Shown here: one piece after another, positions 17,917 through 27,405 of the stretch
How positions within the stretch are numbered: the stretch's first letter is position 1
Layout: each line of letters opens with the position of its first letter
Virus record (IMG/VR): IMGVR_UViG_3300013132_000055
Location: 1 to 62,259 of that record
From: a virus
Lineage: Duplodnaviria > Caudoviricetes
DNA length: 62,259 nucleotides
Direction: 5' to 3' (one strand)
The notes under the pieces: model-generated
Databases searched by the model: none
Told to the model about the DNA's origin: nothing
The model's input: the letters and a program-made list of their open reading frames with translations, nothing else
Translations under genes and position numbers: made by a program

Positions 17917-20752
17917 AGAGTGCGGGTGCTTCTTGGAACAGGAGGGCACGGAACGAGGGGTCGTTGTTCCTGCTTGTCCTCGACATGAGGACCGAGGATC
18001 CCCCGCCACCACCTCCGCCCCCGATGACATTCGTCGTGGGTGCGCTGATCATGGATGCGTCCTGCCTTGTTGCCTGATACTGCGCCATGGAGGTCTGTGC
18101 CGCCGCCGTGTTGATCGTCCCCGCAGGGAAAGCCTGAGGCATGGACATGGCTGCGAACTGCACACCGCCACCACCGCTACCGATGGGCACCGCTGCGAAG
18201 TTTCCTGTTGTCATGGGAGCCGCCGAGGGAAGGCTCTGCGGCAGTATGGCTACCGAGCCTCGCTGCTTGTCCTCAAAGATGTCGTTTGCCTTCTTCACCT
18301 CGGGAGGAGCCTCGGGTGTTCCTCCGCCTAGTGCAGCCTTGATTGCACCGCCGATGAGCGGCAACTCGCCGAGGGTGTCTGCAACGGCGTTGAGCATGCT
18401 CGTAAAGAGATCGGTCAACTTGTCATTGAGCCACTCGCCGAAACTGAGGAGGTCTTCAAGCCACACACCGCTTGTGATCCATTCCCATAGCCATGTCGCT
18501 CCTGCTACCAGATACTCCGACAGGGTCTTCGGGAGGTCGTAGTAGAAGAACTTGGAGACATAGAACAACGCCTTGATGATGAGGACGGGGAGCATCACGA
18601 ACTTCTGTATCAACTGACCGACAAGGAACTTGACGGTGGCGAAGAACACCTCGTAGACCGCCTTGAGAACCTTTGAGAACATGCTTCCGCTGCCGTTGAA
18701 GATGTCCACAATGTTCTTGAAGGCATCGATGAACGGCTTGACCATCATGTTGTACGAGGTCTTGGCAAAGTTCGCCAAGGTCTCAAACACGGGACCGAGG
18801 GTGCTATTGAGGAAGTCGAAGATCTTTTGGAAGTCGAGGATGCCGAAGGTGAGACCGCTGATGATCTGAGACACCGCACCCATGATGGCACCCTTGAGTC
18901 CCATCTGCTTGAAGCCCTTGAACGCACCGATGATTCCATCGATGGTCGAGATGAGGATCTGTAGTGGGAAGAACAACTTCGATGCGAGACCGAATCCAAC
19001 CCTCATCGCCTGTAGGATCCGAGGGAAGAACCCAAGAAACTTGCCCACGAACGGGATCGCCTTGGATATACCCAACAGACCCTTCTCAAGGGAGAGGAAT
19101 GTCGAGCCGATCTTTCCCATGAACCCGCCCACGCCCGAGCCGATACCTGAGAAGAGCCTACCGATGCCTGGAATCCCCTTCGTGATGGCGGTCAGGACAC
19201 CGAAGACCTTTTGGATGTAGGTGTAGATGTATCCGACCGTGCCGCCGATGACCACGGCGAGGATGAGGATGATCGTCTTGAACCATCCGTCCTCCTTCTT
19301 GAAGAGATCGCCGAACATGTCCCGCAGAGCCTCGCTCTGCTCGACATAGGCATCGATCATCTTCTGCGCCCACGCAGGGGTGTCGCTCGCAGCCTCGGCT
19401 TCACGCTCCGCAGCCTTGACGCTCTCCTGCTTCATGTTGCTGATGGCGACGAGTTCCGCCTTCTCAAGGCGCATCAGGGTTGCGATGGTCTCCTTGTGCC
19501 GCTTCTGTGCGTCCTTGATCTCCTGAGTGTCGCCCTTCGCCTTCGCAATTGAGGTCGCTGCGGAGAGGGACACACCCTTCTCCTTCATAATCGTTTCAAT
19601 CTGCTTCTTGCGGATCTCGTTGAGTTCTTTCTCGTTTTTCGCCATCATCTCGACATACATCACGGTCTTCTGACCCTCAAGGAACTTCTCCTTGTGGGCT
19701 CGGATAGCCTCGGGCGTGGCATCGGGATTCTCAATCGAATACCGCTTCATCTCCGCTTCGGTGATGGCATCGATCTGATCCTTGATCGCAGATAGACCAA
19801 CAACGCCCCCTTGCGAGAGGAACTTGTCAGCCAAGATGTCTCCCTCAGCCTCGTCACCCTTCTTTGCGAGGTCCTCTGCGGCATATTCCGCAGCCTTCTT
19901 GCGGTTTTCCTCTGTTTCCTCGGCTTCCCTCCGATCCTGTTTCATCTTCTCTTCAAAGGCTTCTTTCTCATCTTCCAGAGCCTTTGCGAGGTTTGCATTC
20001 TTGAGTGCCTCCGCCACAGCGTTGGCTTCCTCATTCATCTTAGAGATGCCTTGTTCGGTGAGTTTTGAGGTCTCCTCGCTGATCCTCTTTTCCATCTCGG
20101 AGACGGTGACACCGATATGCTCCAAGGCGAACATCGATTTGTCGAGGGCGGTTTCAAGATCTATTCCAACGCCAAGGTTGTACTCGCTGACCTTCTCGGA
20201 CATCTCCTTCATTTCGGCGATGGTTTGTTCCCGCTGCTTTGCCTCGGATTCAAGGATCCTTTTACTCTCTTCAAGGGTGGAGGCGTGTTGGAGTATCTCT
20301 TTCTGTGCAGTCTCTAGTTCCGAATTGACAGGCTCCAAGGCTTCAGCGAGTTTCTTGTCGTACTCCTCTTTGATCCTCTTGGTGTTCTGATACCAAGTGC
20401 CGTCTTCCTTTCGGTACTTCTTGTAATCGTCCTCTATCTTCTTCCGTTCATTATCCCGCTTGACGAGCAACCTCTGCTCACGGATCCACGCCTCCGCCAT
20501 CTTGGTGCGGATTTCCTTTTCCTTCTCCATGGCTTGGTCAAGAGACTTGTTGAGTTGCTCGACGGTCTTCATCAACTCGTTGTTCTTGTCAACGAACTGA
20601 TCGAAAGCCTGAGTGATGTCACTCGGATCGGGAAGGGCACTAGCAGGAGGCGGCGGGGCGGGATTGGGCTGACCCATCCCCTGATCGTTCAGAGGGGGTC
20701 TGCCTGGATTTCCACCCGAGCCCATCGGATTGTTGGTTGATTCTCCCGCCAT
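17915..20752 (-). CDS. Tape measure / baseplate hub (gp29-like) protein
   Basis: 945 aa; charged coiled-coil N-half, hydrophobic amphipathic C-half, C-terminal APTTNV; follows gp26/gp51. Confidence 0.75.
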   Translation of the reverse strand: MAGESTNNPMGSGGNPGRPPLNDQGMGQPNPAPPPPASALPDPSDITQAFDQFVDKNNELMKTVEQLNKSLDQAMEKEKEIRTKMAEAWIREQRLLVKRDNERKKIEDDYKKYRKEDGTWYQNTKRIKEEYDKKLAEALEPVNSELETAQKEILQHASTLEESKRILESEAKQREQTIAEMKEMSEKVSEYNLGVGIDLETALDKSMFALEHIGVTVSEMEKRISEETSKLTEQGISKMNEEANAVAEALKNANLAKALEDEKEAFEEKMKQDRREAEETEENRKKAAEYAAEDLAKKGDEAEGDILADKFLSQGGVVGLSAIKDQIDAITEAEMKRYSIENPDATPEAIRAHKEKFLEGQKTVMYVEMMAKNEKELNEIRKKQIETIMKEKGVSLSAATSIAKAKGDTQEIKDAQKRHKETIATLMRLEKAELVAISNMKQESVKAAEREAEAASDTPAWAQKMIDAYVEQSEALRDMFGDLFKKEDGWFKTIILILAVVIGGTVGYIYTYIQKVFGVLTAITKGIPGIGRLFSGIGSGVGGFMGKIGSTFLSLEKGLLGISKAIPFVGKFLGFFPRILQAMRVGFGLASKLFFPLQILISTIDGIIGAFKGFKQMGLKGAIMGAVSQIISGLTFGILDFQKIFDFLNSTLGPVFETLANFAKTSYNMMVKPFIDAFKNIVDIFNGSGSMFSKVLKAVYEVFFATVKFLVGQLIQKFVMLPVLIIKALFYVSKFFYYDLPKTLSEYLVAGATWLWEWITSGVWLEDLLSFGEWLNDKLTDLFTSMLNAVADTLGELPLIGGAIKAALGGGTPEAPPEVKKANDIFEDKQRGSVAILPQSLPSAAPMTTGNFAAVPIGSGGGGVQFAAMSMPQAFPAGTINTAAAQTSMAQYQATRQDASMISAPTTNVIGGGGGGGGSSVLMSRTSRNNDPSFRALLFQEAPAL

Positions 20753-20764
20753 GATCGTTCCTTG

Positions 20765-20968
20765 CTAGTGGTGTTGCTGATGCTTCAGCGACTCCATCTT
20801 TTCCTTCTCATCCTTTAGGTGCTGCATGAGGAGGTCGATGTAGACCCTCCGTTCCCACGGCATCATGCCCTCAAGATCGGTCAGCGTGTAGTTGAAGTGC
20901 TGCATCATGGCGAAGTTGACCGATAGCATGTTCAGAAGGCTGTCGTGGGAGGAGGCTATGAGAAAAAA
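20765..20968 (-). CDS. gp51: gp51-like baseplate hub assembly catalyst (probably the -1 frameshift extension of gp26; first ATG at 20929)
   Basis: SHDSL...NFAMMQH..Y.L..LE.MMPWER..Y. Confidence 0.85.
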   Translation of the reverse strand, partial: FFLIASSHDSLLNMLSVNFAMMQHFNYTLTDLEGMMPWERRVYIDLLMQHLKDEKEKMESLKHQQHH

Positions 20969-21663
20969 CTTGCGATCCCCTTGAGCAGATGCTCGTTCGG
21001 GGTCTTGCAATGGGTGCAGATGAACTGCACGGACTTCTCAATCTTCGGCATGGTGTCGAGGAAGTCGAACAGTTTCCTGAACTGATCCTGCGTCATCTGT
21101 TCGATGAACTCACGAATTTCCGACTCCTCCATCTCGGAGCAGTCGTACACGGTCTCCCCTTGGTTGATCTTGTCGATGCACTTGGTCAGCAGGGAGAATG
21201 TCCTGTCCACATCCGAGCCGTTTTCGATGGAGTCGATGTCCTCAAGGGTCGGGTATCGCATCACGATGCTGATGTCTGAGACGAGGGGGATGACCTTCTT
21301 GTGGTTTGGGGAAAATTGCGGTACGAGTTCCTTGATGTTGACCTCGCACTCGGTGCCGCCGCCGCACTTCTCGCACTTGACCATCGGCTTCGTGGTTTCC
21401 CCGACCGATTGGCTGCGGAGTTGCAGGAACAGGTACTCCATGTCGAGCAGGGGGATCTTGGTCACATCGACCTTGCCTCCCGTGCAGGAAAGCACGACCT
21501 CCCTGATTGCGCTGTAGATGCTCTTCTCGTTCTTGGTCTCCGCCGCCATGAGGAGGATCTTCTCCTCCTTGACGATGAACGGACGGTATTCCACCTTCTT
21601 CCCGCTGAGGGGGAGGGTGGTCTGATGCTTGGGTACTGATGCGAGGATTCCGCTGAGGGACAT
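20956..21663 (-). CDS. gp26: Baseplate hub assembly chaperone
   Basis: YRPF.VKEEKILL, D.EYLFLQLR..SVGE, CxxC twice, MRYP, ends GIASFF. Confidence 0.92.
   Translation of the reverse strand: MSLSGILASVPKHQTTLPLSGKKVEYRPFIVKEEKILLMAAETKNEKSIYSAIREVVLSCTGGKVDVTKIPLLDMEYLFLQLRSQSVGETTKPMVKCEKCGGGTECEVNIKELVPQFSPNHKKVIPLVSDISIVMRYPTLEDIDSIENGSDVDRTFSLLTKCIDKINQGETVYDCSEMEESEIREFIEQMTQDQFRKLFDFLDTMPKIEKSVQFICTHCKTPNEHLLKGIASFFS
20962..20968 (-). promoter_or_regulatory. -1 slippery heptamer T-TTT-TTC
   Basis: gp26 frame AGT TTT TTC TCA TAG; -1 frame TTT TTT CTC ATA GCC is open into gp51. Confidence 0.75.
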
Positions 21664-21688
21664 TGTCAATCTCCTATATTGTAGATGT

Positions 21689-22723
21689 TCATCCGAAGAA
21701 ACCCGCCCCGAAGAACCCTTGGGTCTGCGAGAGGAGGGTCAGCCCGAGGTCGAGTCCGCCTTGGCGTGGGGTTTGGTACACGACCCTACCATCGACACTC
21801 CTCGGGAAGTCTTCATTCTTGTACTCAGCCAACTGCTTGGAGTACGCCTCAAGTATCGAACGCTGCTTCCTTTGGACTTGGTCGAAGTTCGCCCGTTCAC
21901 GCATGCCTCCGACGATGAAGCCGCTCACAGCCTTGTTGAGGTTGTATTGGCTCTGCCGCAGGATCTTCTCGTTGGAACTGTTGTCGATCACGGGGAAGCC
22001 TGTGTCGGTGATCGTGGGAAGCGTGTTGGTGTAGGTCAGGTTGATCCCTTGCAGGGAAACCATATCGTGATACATGATGCCGACATCGATTGTCATCGGT
22101 TCGGTGGATGACCCGTAGTTCAGGGATCCTCCGTTGATGTTCACCCTGTATGGGTACACCTCCGTGAGGCGCACACCCGTGATCTTTCCCTGATACATCG
22201 CCTCCATAGCCATGTCGAAGTTCCTGACATGCCTCGGGAGGAGCATGATGTAGACCTCGCTGTCTCCAGCGTAGTCATCGTAGAACTTCCATTGCTTGGT
22301 GACGGGGTTCTGTAGGTAGGAGTACCACCCGTCGAAGAACTCCTTCTCAAACAGGTCGGAGCCGCAGTTGAACTGAAACAGCATGCCCGAGCCGTTGTTG
22401 GTGTTCTTCTTGTACGGGAAGACTCGGTTCGCACCTGCCGTGATGTAGTTCTCTTCGGTGGTGTACCAACTCTTGTCGTTGATCGTCATCGACTTGCAGG
22501 TGGTGGCGAGTCGAGCGACATCGGGTACGAACTCCATGCCAATAGCCTTACGGACCCGCTCGTTGGGGAACATCATCACCAACCATCGGTTGGCGGACAT
22601 GAACCCCGTCTCCCGCAGCCGCCCGTAGGCGTAGTCCATGAAGGACGGTGCGGGGCTGTCTTGCGATCCCTGTTGGAACCGTGCCCGTGCGGAAAGTAGG
22701 TCTGATCGGAAGTCTAGTCCCAT
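21689..22723 (-). CDS. Tail-tube-fold protein (gp54-like tube initiator)
   Basis: NRW.V, C.S.TI, FFDGW, YDDY, L.EVYP pattern of the gp19/gp54 family. Confidence 0.7.
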   Translation of the reverse strand: MGLDFRSDLLSARARFQQGSQDSPAPSFMDYAYGRLRETGFMSANRWLVMMFPNERVRKAIGMEFVPDVARLATTCKSMTINDKSWYTTEENYITAGANRVFPYKKNTNNGSGMLFQFNCGSDLFEKEFFDGWYSYLQNPVTKQWKFYDDYAGDSEVYIMLLPRHVRNFDMAMEAMYQGKITGVRLTEVYPYRVNINGGSLNYGSSTEPMTIDVGIMYHDMVSLQGINLTYTNTLPTITDTGFPVIDNSSNEKILRQSQYNLNKAVSGFIVGGMRERANFDQVQRKQRSILEAYSKQLAEYKNEDFPRSVDGRVVYQTPRQGGLDLGLTLLSQTQGFFGAGFFG

Positions 22724-22731
22724 GGCAGTAT

Positions 22732-23328
22732 CTATTTCGCCAACTTCCAGACATCCTCCCGAGAGGCTCCTTGGAAATCATCCATGGGGAAGAACGGGAC
22801 GGTCTTCCACTCTGCGGAGGAGATGAAGGCGATGTTGCTGACGATGTGGGGATAGAGGTACCGCTTGATGCAGGGACGGTACGGCTTCAACTTCTTGGTC
22901 GCCTTCAGGATCGGGTAGGTCACTTTGATGAGTGCCTTGTAGTTGTTGTAGACCGCCCAGTTGGGGTCATCCACCAACTTGATGAGGTTGTTTAGAAACC
23001 CCGCACGGACGGTCGGCGGGAGGTAGTGGAGGTTCAGCCCGAGGAATCCGTTCGGCTTGGGGTGGAGGATGATGACCACGGGGAATGCGTCCCAAAAAGG
23101 AAGTTCATCCTGCGTCTTCGGGTCGTAAGCGTAGAACACCATCCTGCCAGGACTCAGTTCTCGCTTCTTTGTGATCGTCTTGGAGGAATCGATGAACGAG
23201 GATTGCCGCATCCCCGTCTTGATCTTGGAAAGATTCTTTGCAAGCCATTGGGTCGCCTTCGGATCGCTCAGTCTGATCCCCGAGCGACCGAATGCGGTCA
23301 AGACTTTTGATGCTTCTTTCTTGCTCAT
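22732..23328 (-). CDS. gp2: DNA end protector protein
   Basis: PGRM.FY.YDPK...LPFWD.FP, FLGLNLHYLPP, CIKRYL. Confidence 0.92.
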   Translation of the reverse strand: MSKKEASKVLTAFGRSGIRLSDPKATQWLAKNLSKIKTGMRQSSFIDSSKTITKKRELSPGRMVFYAYDPKTQDELPFWDAFPVVIILHPKPNGFLGLNLHYLPPTVRAGFLNNLIKLVDDPNWAVYNNYKALIKVTYPILKATKKLKPYRPCIKRYLYPHIVSNIAFISSAEWKTVPFFPMDDFQGASREDVWKLAK

Positions 23329-23789
23329 CCCTTGACCTTTCCGAAGATGTTTTCTTCAGTCAGGATGCGGAAACTCCAACCCCTGTTCTCGCAGTAGTCC
23401 CTAGCAGCCGACCACTTCGCCGAGTTGATCATCCAATTCCTGATCTCGGTCACCTTGCTCTTGGTGACCTTCTTCGTGGTGGGCTGTTCGGGCTTCACCG
23501 TCTGCTTCTTCGGCTTGACCTCTATGAGCGACTCCTCGACGGTGCCATCGGGCTTCTTCATGCGAACCCAAAAGTCAACGAAGTACCTGTGCCTCCGTCC
23601 GTCGAGGGGGGAGATGTACGGGACGATGACTTCCTCGGATGACCACTCGACCACCGAGTCGTTCTCGTCGCAGAAGGTCATAAACCTCCGCTCCCACAGC
23701 GAACGGTAGAAGCACATGTTGGGGTCGCCCCTGTACTTCTGCGTCTGCTTCGGTCTGAACTTTCCCTTGTATGACTTACCCGTGGCTAT
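23325..23789 (-). CDS. gp4: Head completion nuclease (TnsA-like); probable ATA start
   Basis: YKGKF.P....KYRGDP upstream of the annotated ATG; YRSLWE, WSSEE, RYF.DF, EVKP, N.AKW.AA. Confidence 0.92.
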   Translation of the reverse strand: MATGKSYKGKFRPKQTQKYRGDPNMCFYRSLWERRFMTFCDENDSVVEWSSEEVIVPYISPLDGRRHRYFVDFWVRMKKPDGTVEESLIEVKPKKQTVKPEQPTTKKVTKSKVTEIRNWMINSAKWSAARDYCENRGWSFRILTEENIFGKVKG

Positions 23790-23809
23790 GACGGAGTCCT
23801 CCGTTTCCT

Positions 23810-23832
23810 TATTTAGCCGCTTCCGCTAAATA
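23810..23832. promoter_or_regulatory. Back-to-back divergent late promoters
   Basis: TATTTAGC-cgcttcc-GCTAAATA at the gp4/gp48 strand switch. Confidence 0.85.
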
Positions 23833-23840
23833 CGGTCACC

Positions 23841-25010
23841 ATGGCAAGAGAATACAGCAGCGTCAGGACATACGAGGATATCCGTGCGATTGAGGGCATG
23901 CTTCTCGGCAAGTCGAGGTCTGCCTTTGAGCGTCGGCTCTACGACCGTGGTAGCGATATGCGGGACAGGAAGCATTACAAGTATCCGCTTGAGATCCTGA
24001 GCAGCCCCGACCATCAAAACGCCATGTGCATTGAGATTTGGGACAACAATCCCGCATACCTCGCCACCAAGCGTGAGGTCTTCAAGCGACTAGGTGAGAG
24101 TTCAGCCCGAGCAATCGGTGCCGCACAGGAAACGGCAGAGTCGGGCGAGGGAGGAGCAGACATCGGCGACATCGTCGGTGCGGGCCTCCAAGGTGCGGCT
24201 AGTGCTGCGGGGCTCTTCGTTAGTACCATTGCCGATGCCTTAGTTGGGGGCAACCTTCAGGGGCAGGGATTGGGACGGGACTCGTACACGGAGGAGCAGA
24301 CGGGGCTTGCGGGGGCTACCGCTCCCGTCATGCACAGGATCTACCTCTACATGCCCACGAACATGAGTTTCGGATATGGGTTTGAGTACGAAGATGCCAA
24401 CATGAGCGGGATGGACATCCTCAAGTTGCCGAAGGCTCTCGCTGAGGGCAATGCGGAGGTGGCTCGGGACATCGGCAAGAAGATCGCCATGTCGAACCTC
24501 AAGGTGCTTGACGATCTTGCGAGTAAGGTCGGTATCGAAGCGGGAACCCTCGGGAAGTTCACATCGGCGCAGCAGAGGCAGGTCATCAATCCCATGAACC
24601 TCCACATCTTCAAGGAGGTCAAGCGGCGTGAGTTCTCTTTCGGGTACACATTCCTACCGAAGAGCCGTAAGGAGATGCTCAACTGCCATGAGATCGTGAA
24701 CATCCTCAAGTTCTTCTCCCACCCGAAGCGTTCCGAGGGCAATGGAAGGTTCCTCGACTATCCCGCCGAGTTTCAGATCTACTTCCTACAGGGGGACGGG
24801 AAGAACAACACATACATGCCGTACATCTTCAAGTGCGCCCTCAAGGACATCAAGGTCACTTATGGAGAGGAGACGGTCTTCTCGACCTTTGAGTCGGATG
24901 AGATCGGTGCCTCGCCCACGAAGATGAAGTTGGATCTGACCTTCAGCGAACTTGAGATCCTGACCCGTGAGAGGTTTGGCATCGATGTCATCGGCATTCC
25001 GACCGCATGA
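23841..25010 (+). CDS. gp48: Baseplate tail-tube cap
   Basis: KYPL, IYLYMP, NP....F..V..REFSF.Y.F.PKS..E, YP.EF.I, L.L.F.ELEILTR. Confidence 0.88.
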   Translation: MAREYSSVRTYEDIRAIEGMLLGKSRSAFERRLYDRGSDMRDRKHYKYPLEILSSPDHQNAMCIEIWDNNPAYLATKREVFKRLGESSARAIGAAQETAESGEGGADIGDIVGAGLQGAASAAGLFVSTIADALVGGNLQGQGLGRDSYTEEQTGLAGATAPVMHRIYLYMPTNMSFGYGFEYEDANMSGMDILKLPKALAEGNAEVARDIGKKIAMSNLKVLDDLASKVGIEAGTLGKFTSAQQRQVINPMNLHIFKEVKRREFSFGYTFLPKSRKEMLNCHEIVNILKFFSHPKRSEGNGRFLDYPAEFQIYFLQGDGKNNTYMPYIFKCALKDIKVTYGEETVFSTFESDEIGASPTKMKLDLTFSELEILTRERFGIDVIGIPTA

Positions 25011-25018
25011 GGTGAACC

Positions 25019-25927
25019 ATGGGATACTTCGACTTCCTTCCTAGCGTGGCTTACCCGAACGATGAGGGCGGTAGGACCATCGTCAAGGACATCCTCGTCC
25101 GTGGCAAGATCCTCGACTCCCTCCGTGACGCTGCCTCCGCAGCCCTTGAGTACACGGTGGAGGACGAAGAGAGACCCGAGACCATCGCATACAGGGTCTA
25201 TGGTCGAGCCGACTACCATTGGCTGATCCTCCTGTTCAACGAGGTCCATGACCCGTTCTTCTCATGGCCGATGAGCATCAACGAGATGGAGAAGCACATG
25301 GAGGCTTCCTACTCGGGCAAGGCACTCTTCATCGATCCCGTGGGTCTATGGGATCTTGACAAGGAACGCCCCCTCGACAGGAGGGTGCCTCACTTCGCCG
25401 AGGGGGACTTGATCCAGCAGAAGGACACATCGGGCTCCGTGGTTGCCACGGCAAAGGTGGTCTCTTGGGATCCCAATCTCTACAAGGTGGTGGTCAACTC
25501 GGTGAGCGGTTCATTCAGGCTCGTCGGTGAGGCGGCTAGGCACACCGCCGTCATCTCCGACAGGACAGCCCTGACGAGGGACATCACAACGGTCAACTCC
25601 CGAGGCAAGACGATCACCGTGCCGCTCGTAAGGATCACGGATGACAACAGGTATGCCTTGCACCGATTTGAAAACTCGGCGCAGGAGGAGATCTCGCCTT
25701 GGTTCTCCGCCAAGGACAATCCCGTGCCGCTCATCGACAAGTACGCACTCGGGAGGTCCGAGGTCCTGCCGATGGGCGAGGACGATGTGGGGGATGACCT
25801 CGGAAACGCCACGGTCGTGACCAACATAGTCCATGAGGAGAGGGTGAACGACGGTAAGCGCAACATCAGGGTGATGCGCCCCGAGTACATCGACCTTGTT
25901 CTGAGGGACTTCCGAAGCCTGTTCTGA
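25019..25927 (+). CDS. gp53: Baseplate wedge subunit (LysM-like)
   Basis: YF..LP, ERPETIAY.VYG...HWLILL.N...DP...WP, E...ND.KR.I. Confidence 0.9.
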   Translation: MGYFDFLPSVAYPNDEGGRTIVKDILVRGKILDSLRDAASAALEYTVEDEERPETIAYRVYGRADYHWLILLFNEVHDPFFSWPMSINEMEKHMEASYSGKALFIDPVGLWDLDKERPLDRRVPHFAEGDLIQQKDTSGSVVATAKVVSWDPNLYKVVVNSVSGSFRLVGEAARHTAVISDRTALTRDITTVNSRGKTITVPLVRITDDNRYALHRFENSAQEEISPWFSAKDNPVPLIDKYALGRSEVLPMGEDDVGDDLGNATVVTNIVHEERVNDGKRNIRVMRPEYIDLVLRDFRSLF

Positions 25928-25934
25928 GGACACC

Positions 25935-27404
25935 ATGCCCGAGATCGATGACGAAACGATGATGCGACCTGGCGATGTGGTGATCGATGAGATCACCCTC
26001 CGCTCCTACACGGGCTTCAACCTGAGCCTCAGGGGCATCTTTCAGAACTTCGTTATCTACGAGGACATCTTCTCAAACTGCATGTCGGGGAGCGTGACGC
26101 TCATCGACAGTATGAACCTGATCAAGCACTTCCCGATCATCGGAGCCGAGACGCTGACGGTCAAGTACAAGACTCCCTACAAGGGATCACCTCTCGTAAA
26201 GTTGGTCTTCCGAACCTACAAGATCTCGGTCAAGGTTCAGACGGCGCAGCCCTTCACGCAGATGGTCAGGATTGAATTCATGTCCGACCATGCGATCAAG
26301 AGCATGCAGAAGAAGGTGTCGAAGTCGTTCTCGCAGATGCCCGTTTCCAAGATGGTGGAGAACATCTTCCTTGAGTACCTCGCACGGACGGACGAGGAGA
26401 ACAGCGGCATACTGTCGGCTGCGGTTCAGGGTGCGATTGCAGGTGGCATGATCGGGGGCGTGGGTGGACCCCTCCTTGCCGTCCCTGCGGCTGCGTTCGG
26501 TGCTGCCATGGGTGCGGTCAAGGAGGCGAACGACGATGACAGGATCCCCCTGAAGACCGTCGAGGAGACATATGACAACCGATCCTATGTCATACCGTAT
26601 TGGTCGCCGCTGTACACGATCAACTGGTTGGCGCACAGGGCTCGGTCCAAGTACGACACCTCGCTCTGCGACTATGTCTTCTACGAGAACTCGGACGGTC
26701 ACCACTTCGTCCCGATCTCAAGGCTCAAGCGTCAGCCCGTCAAGTTCACCTACACGGACTATGTGCAGGGGTTCCGAAGCGTGTCGGGCGACAGGATGAT
26801 GGAGTCCGAACTGCGGAACATCATGGCTATGACTGTGGAGGACATCTCGGACAGGGTCAAGCAGCAGAGCCTCGGCATGCTCTCGTCAGCCATACTTGCT
26901 CACGACATGGTGACCAAGTCTTGGAAGACGGTCCACTTCAACTACGACGAGTCCTTCTATAGGCAGGGTCTCCATGTCGAGCAGTACCCGCTCCTACCCG
27001 CCGAGAAGACCGATTACTCCAAGGCTGTGGAGTCGAGCCTCAAGTACTACCCAAACACGACATACACGGTCAACGGGATCGTGTCGAACAGCGACCCCGA
27101 GGAGACTGTCCTTTTGAGGCAGTCCCTACTCAATCAGATTCATTCCGTGAATCTCATAGTCGAGTGCCACGGGGACACGAATGTGAAGGTGGGTCAGATC
27201 ATCGAACTGAAGATCCCTGCTCCCGAATCAACCAAGAAGGCTGACAAGTACGAGGATGACTACATGCTCGGTCGGTATCTCGTCACCACGGTCAAGCACA
27301 CGGTCACAGATAGGGAACACACCATGACCATGACCCTATCCCGTGACTCGCTTCCCGAGCCGATCACCGACTTCAAGAAGCCCGAACTTGCGGTGGAGAA
27401 CTGA
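25935..27404 (+). CDS. Baseplate hub protein (gp27/VgrG-like position)
   Basis: IYEDIFS..MSG, PIIG.E, FYEN.DG.HF, G.YLVT.VKH; directly upstream of gp5. Confidence 0.7.
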   Translation: MPEIDDETMMRPGDVVIDEITLRSYTGFNLSLRGIFQNFVIYEDIFSNCMSGSVTLIDSMNLIKHFPIIGAETLTVKYKTPYKGSPLVKLVFRTYKISVKVQTAQPFTQMVRIEFMSDHAIKSMQKKVSKSFSQMPVSKMVENIFLEYLARTDEENSGILSAAVQGAIAGGMIGGVGGPLLAVPAAAFGAAMGAVKEANDDDRIPLKTVEETYDNRSYVIPYWSPLYTINWLAHRARSKYDTSLCDYVFYENSDGHHFVPISRLKRQPVKFTYTDYVQGFRSVSGDRMMESELRNIMAMTVEDISDRVKQQSLGMLSSAILAHDMVTKSWKTVHFNYDESFYRQGLHVEQYPLLPAEKTDYSKAVESSLKYYPNTTYTVNGIVSNSDPEETVLLRQSLLNQIHSVNLIVECHGDTNVKVGQIIELKIPAPESTKKADKYEDDYMLGRYLVTTVKHTVTDREHTMTMTLSRDSLPEPITDFKKPELAVEN

Positions 27405-27405
27405 A

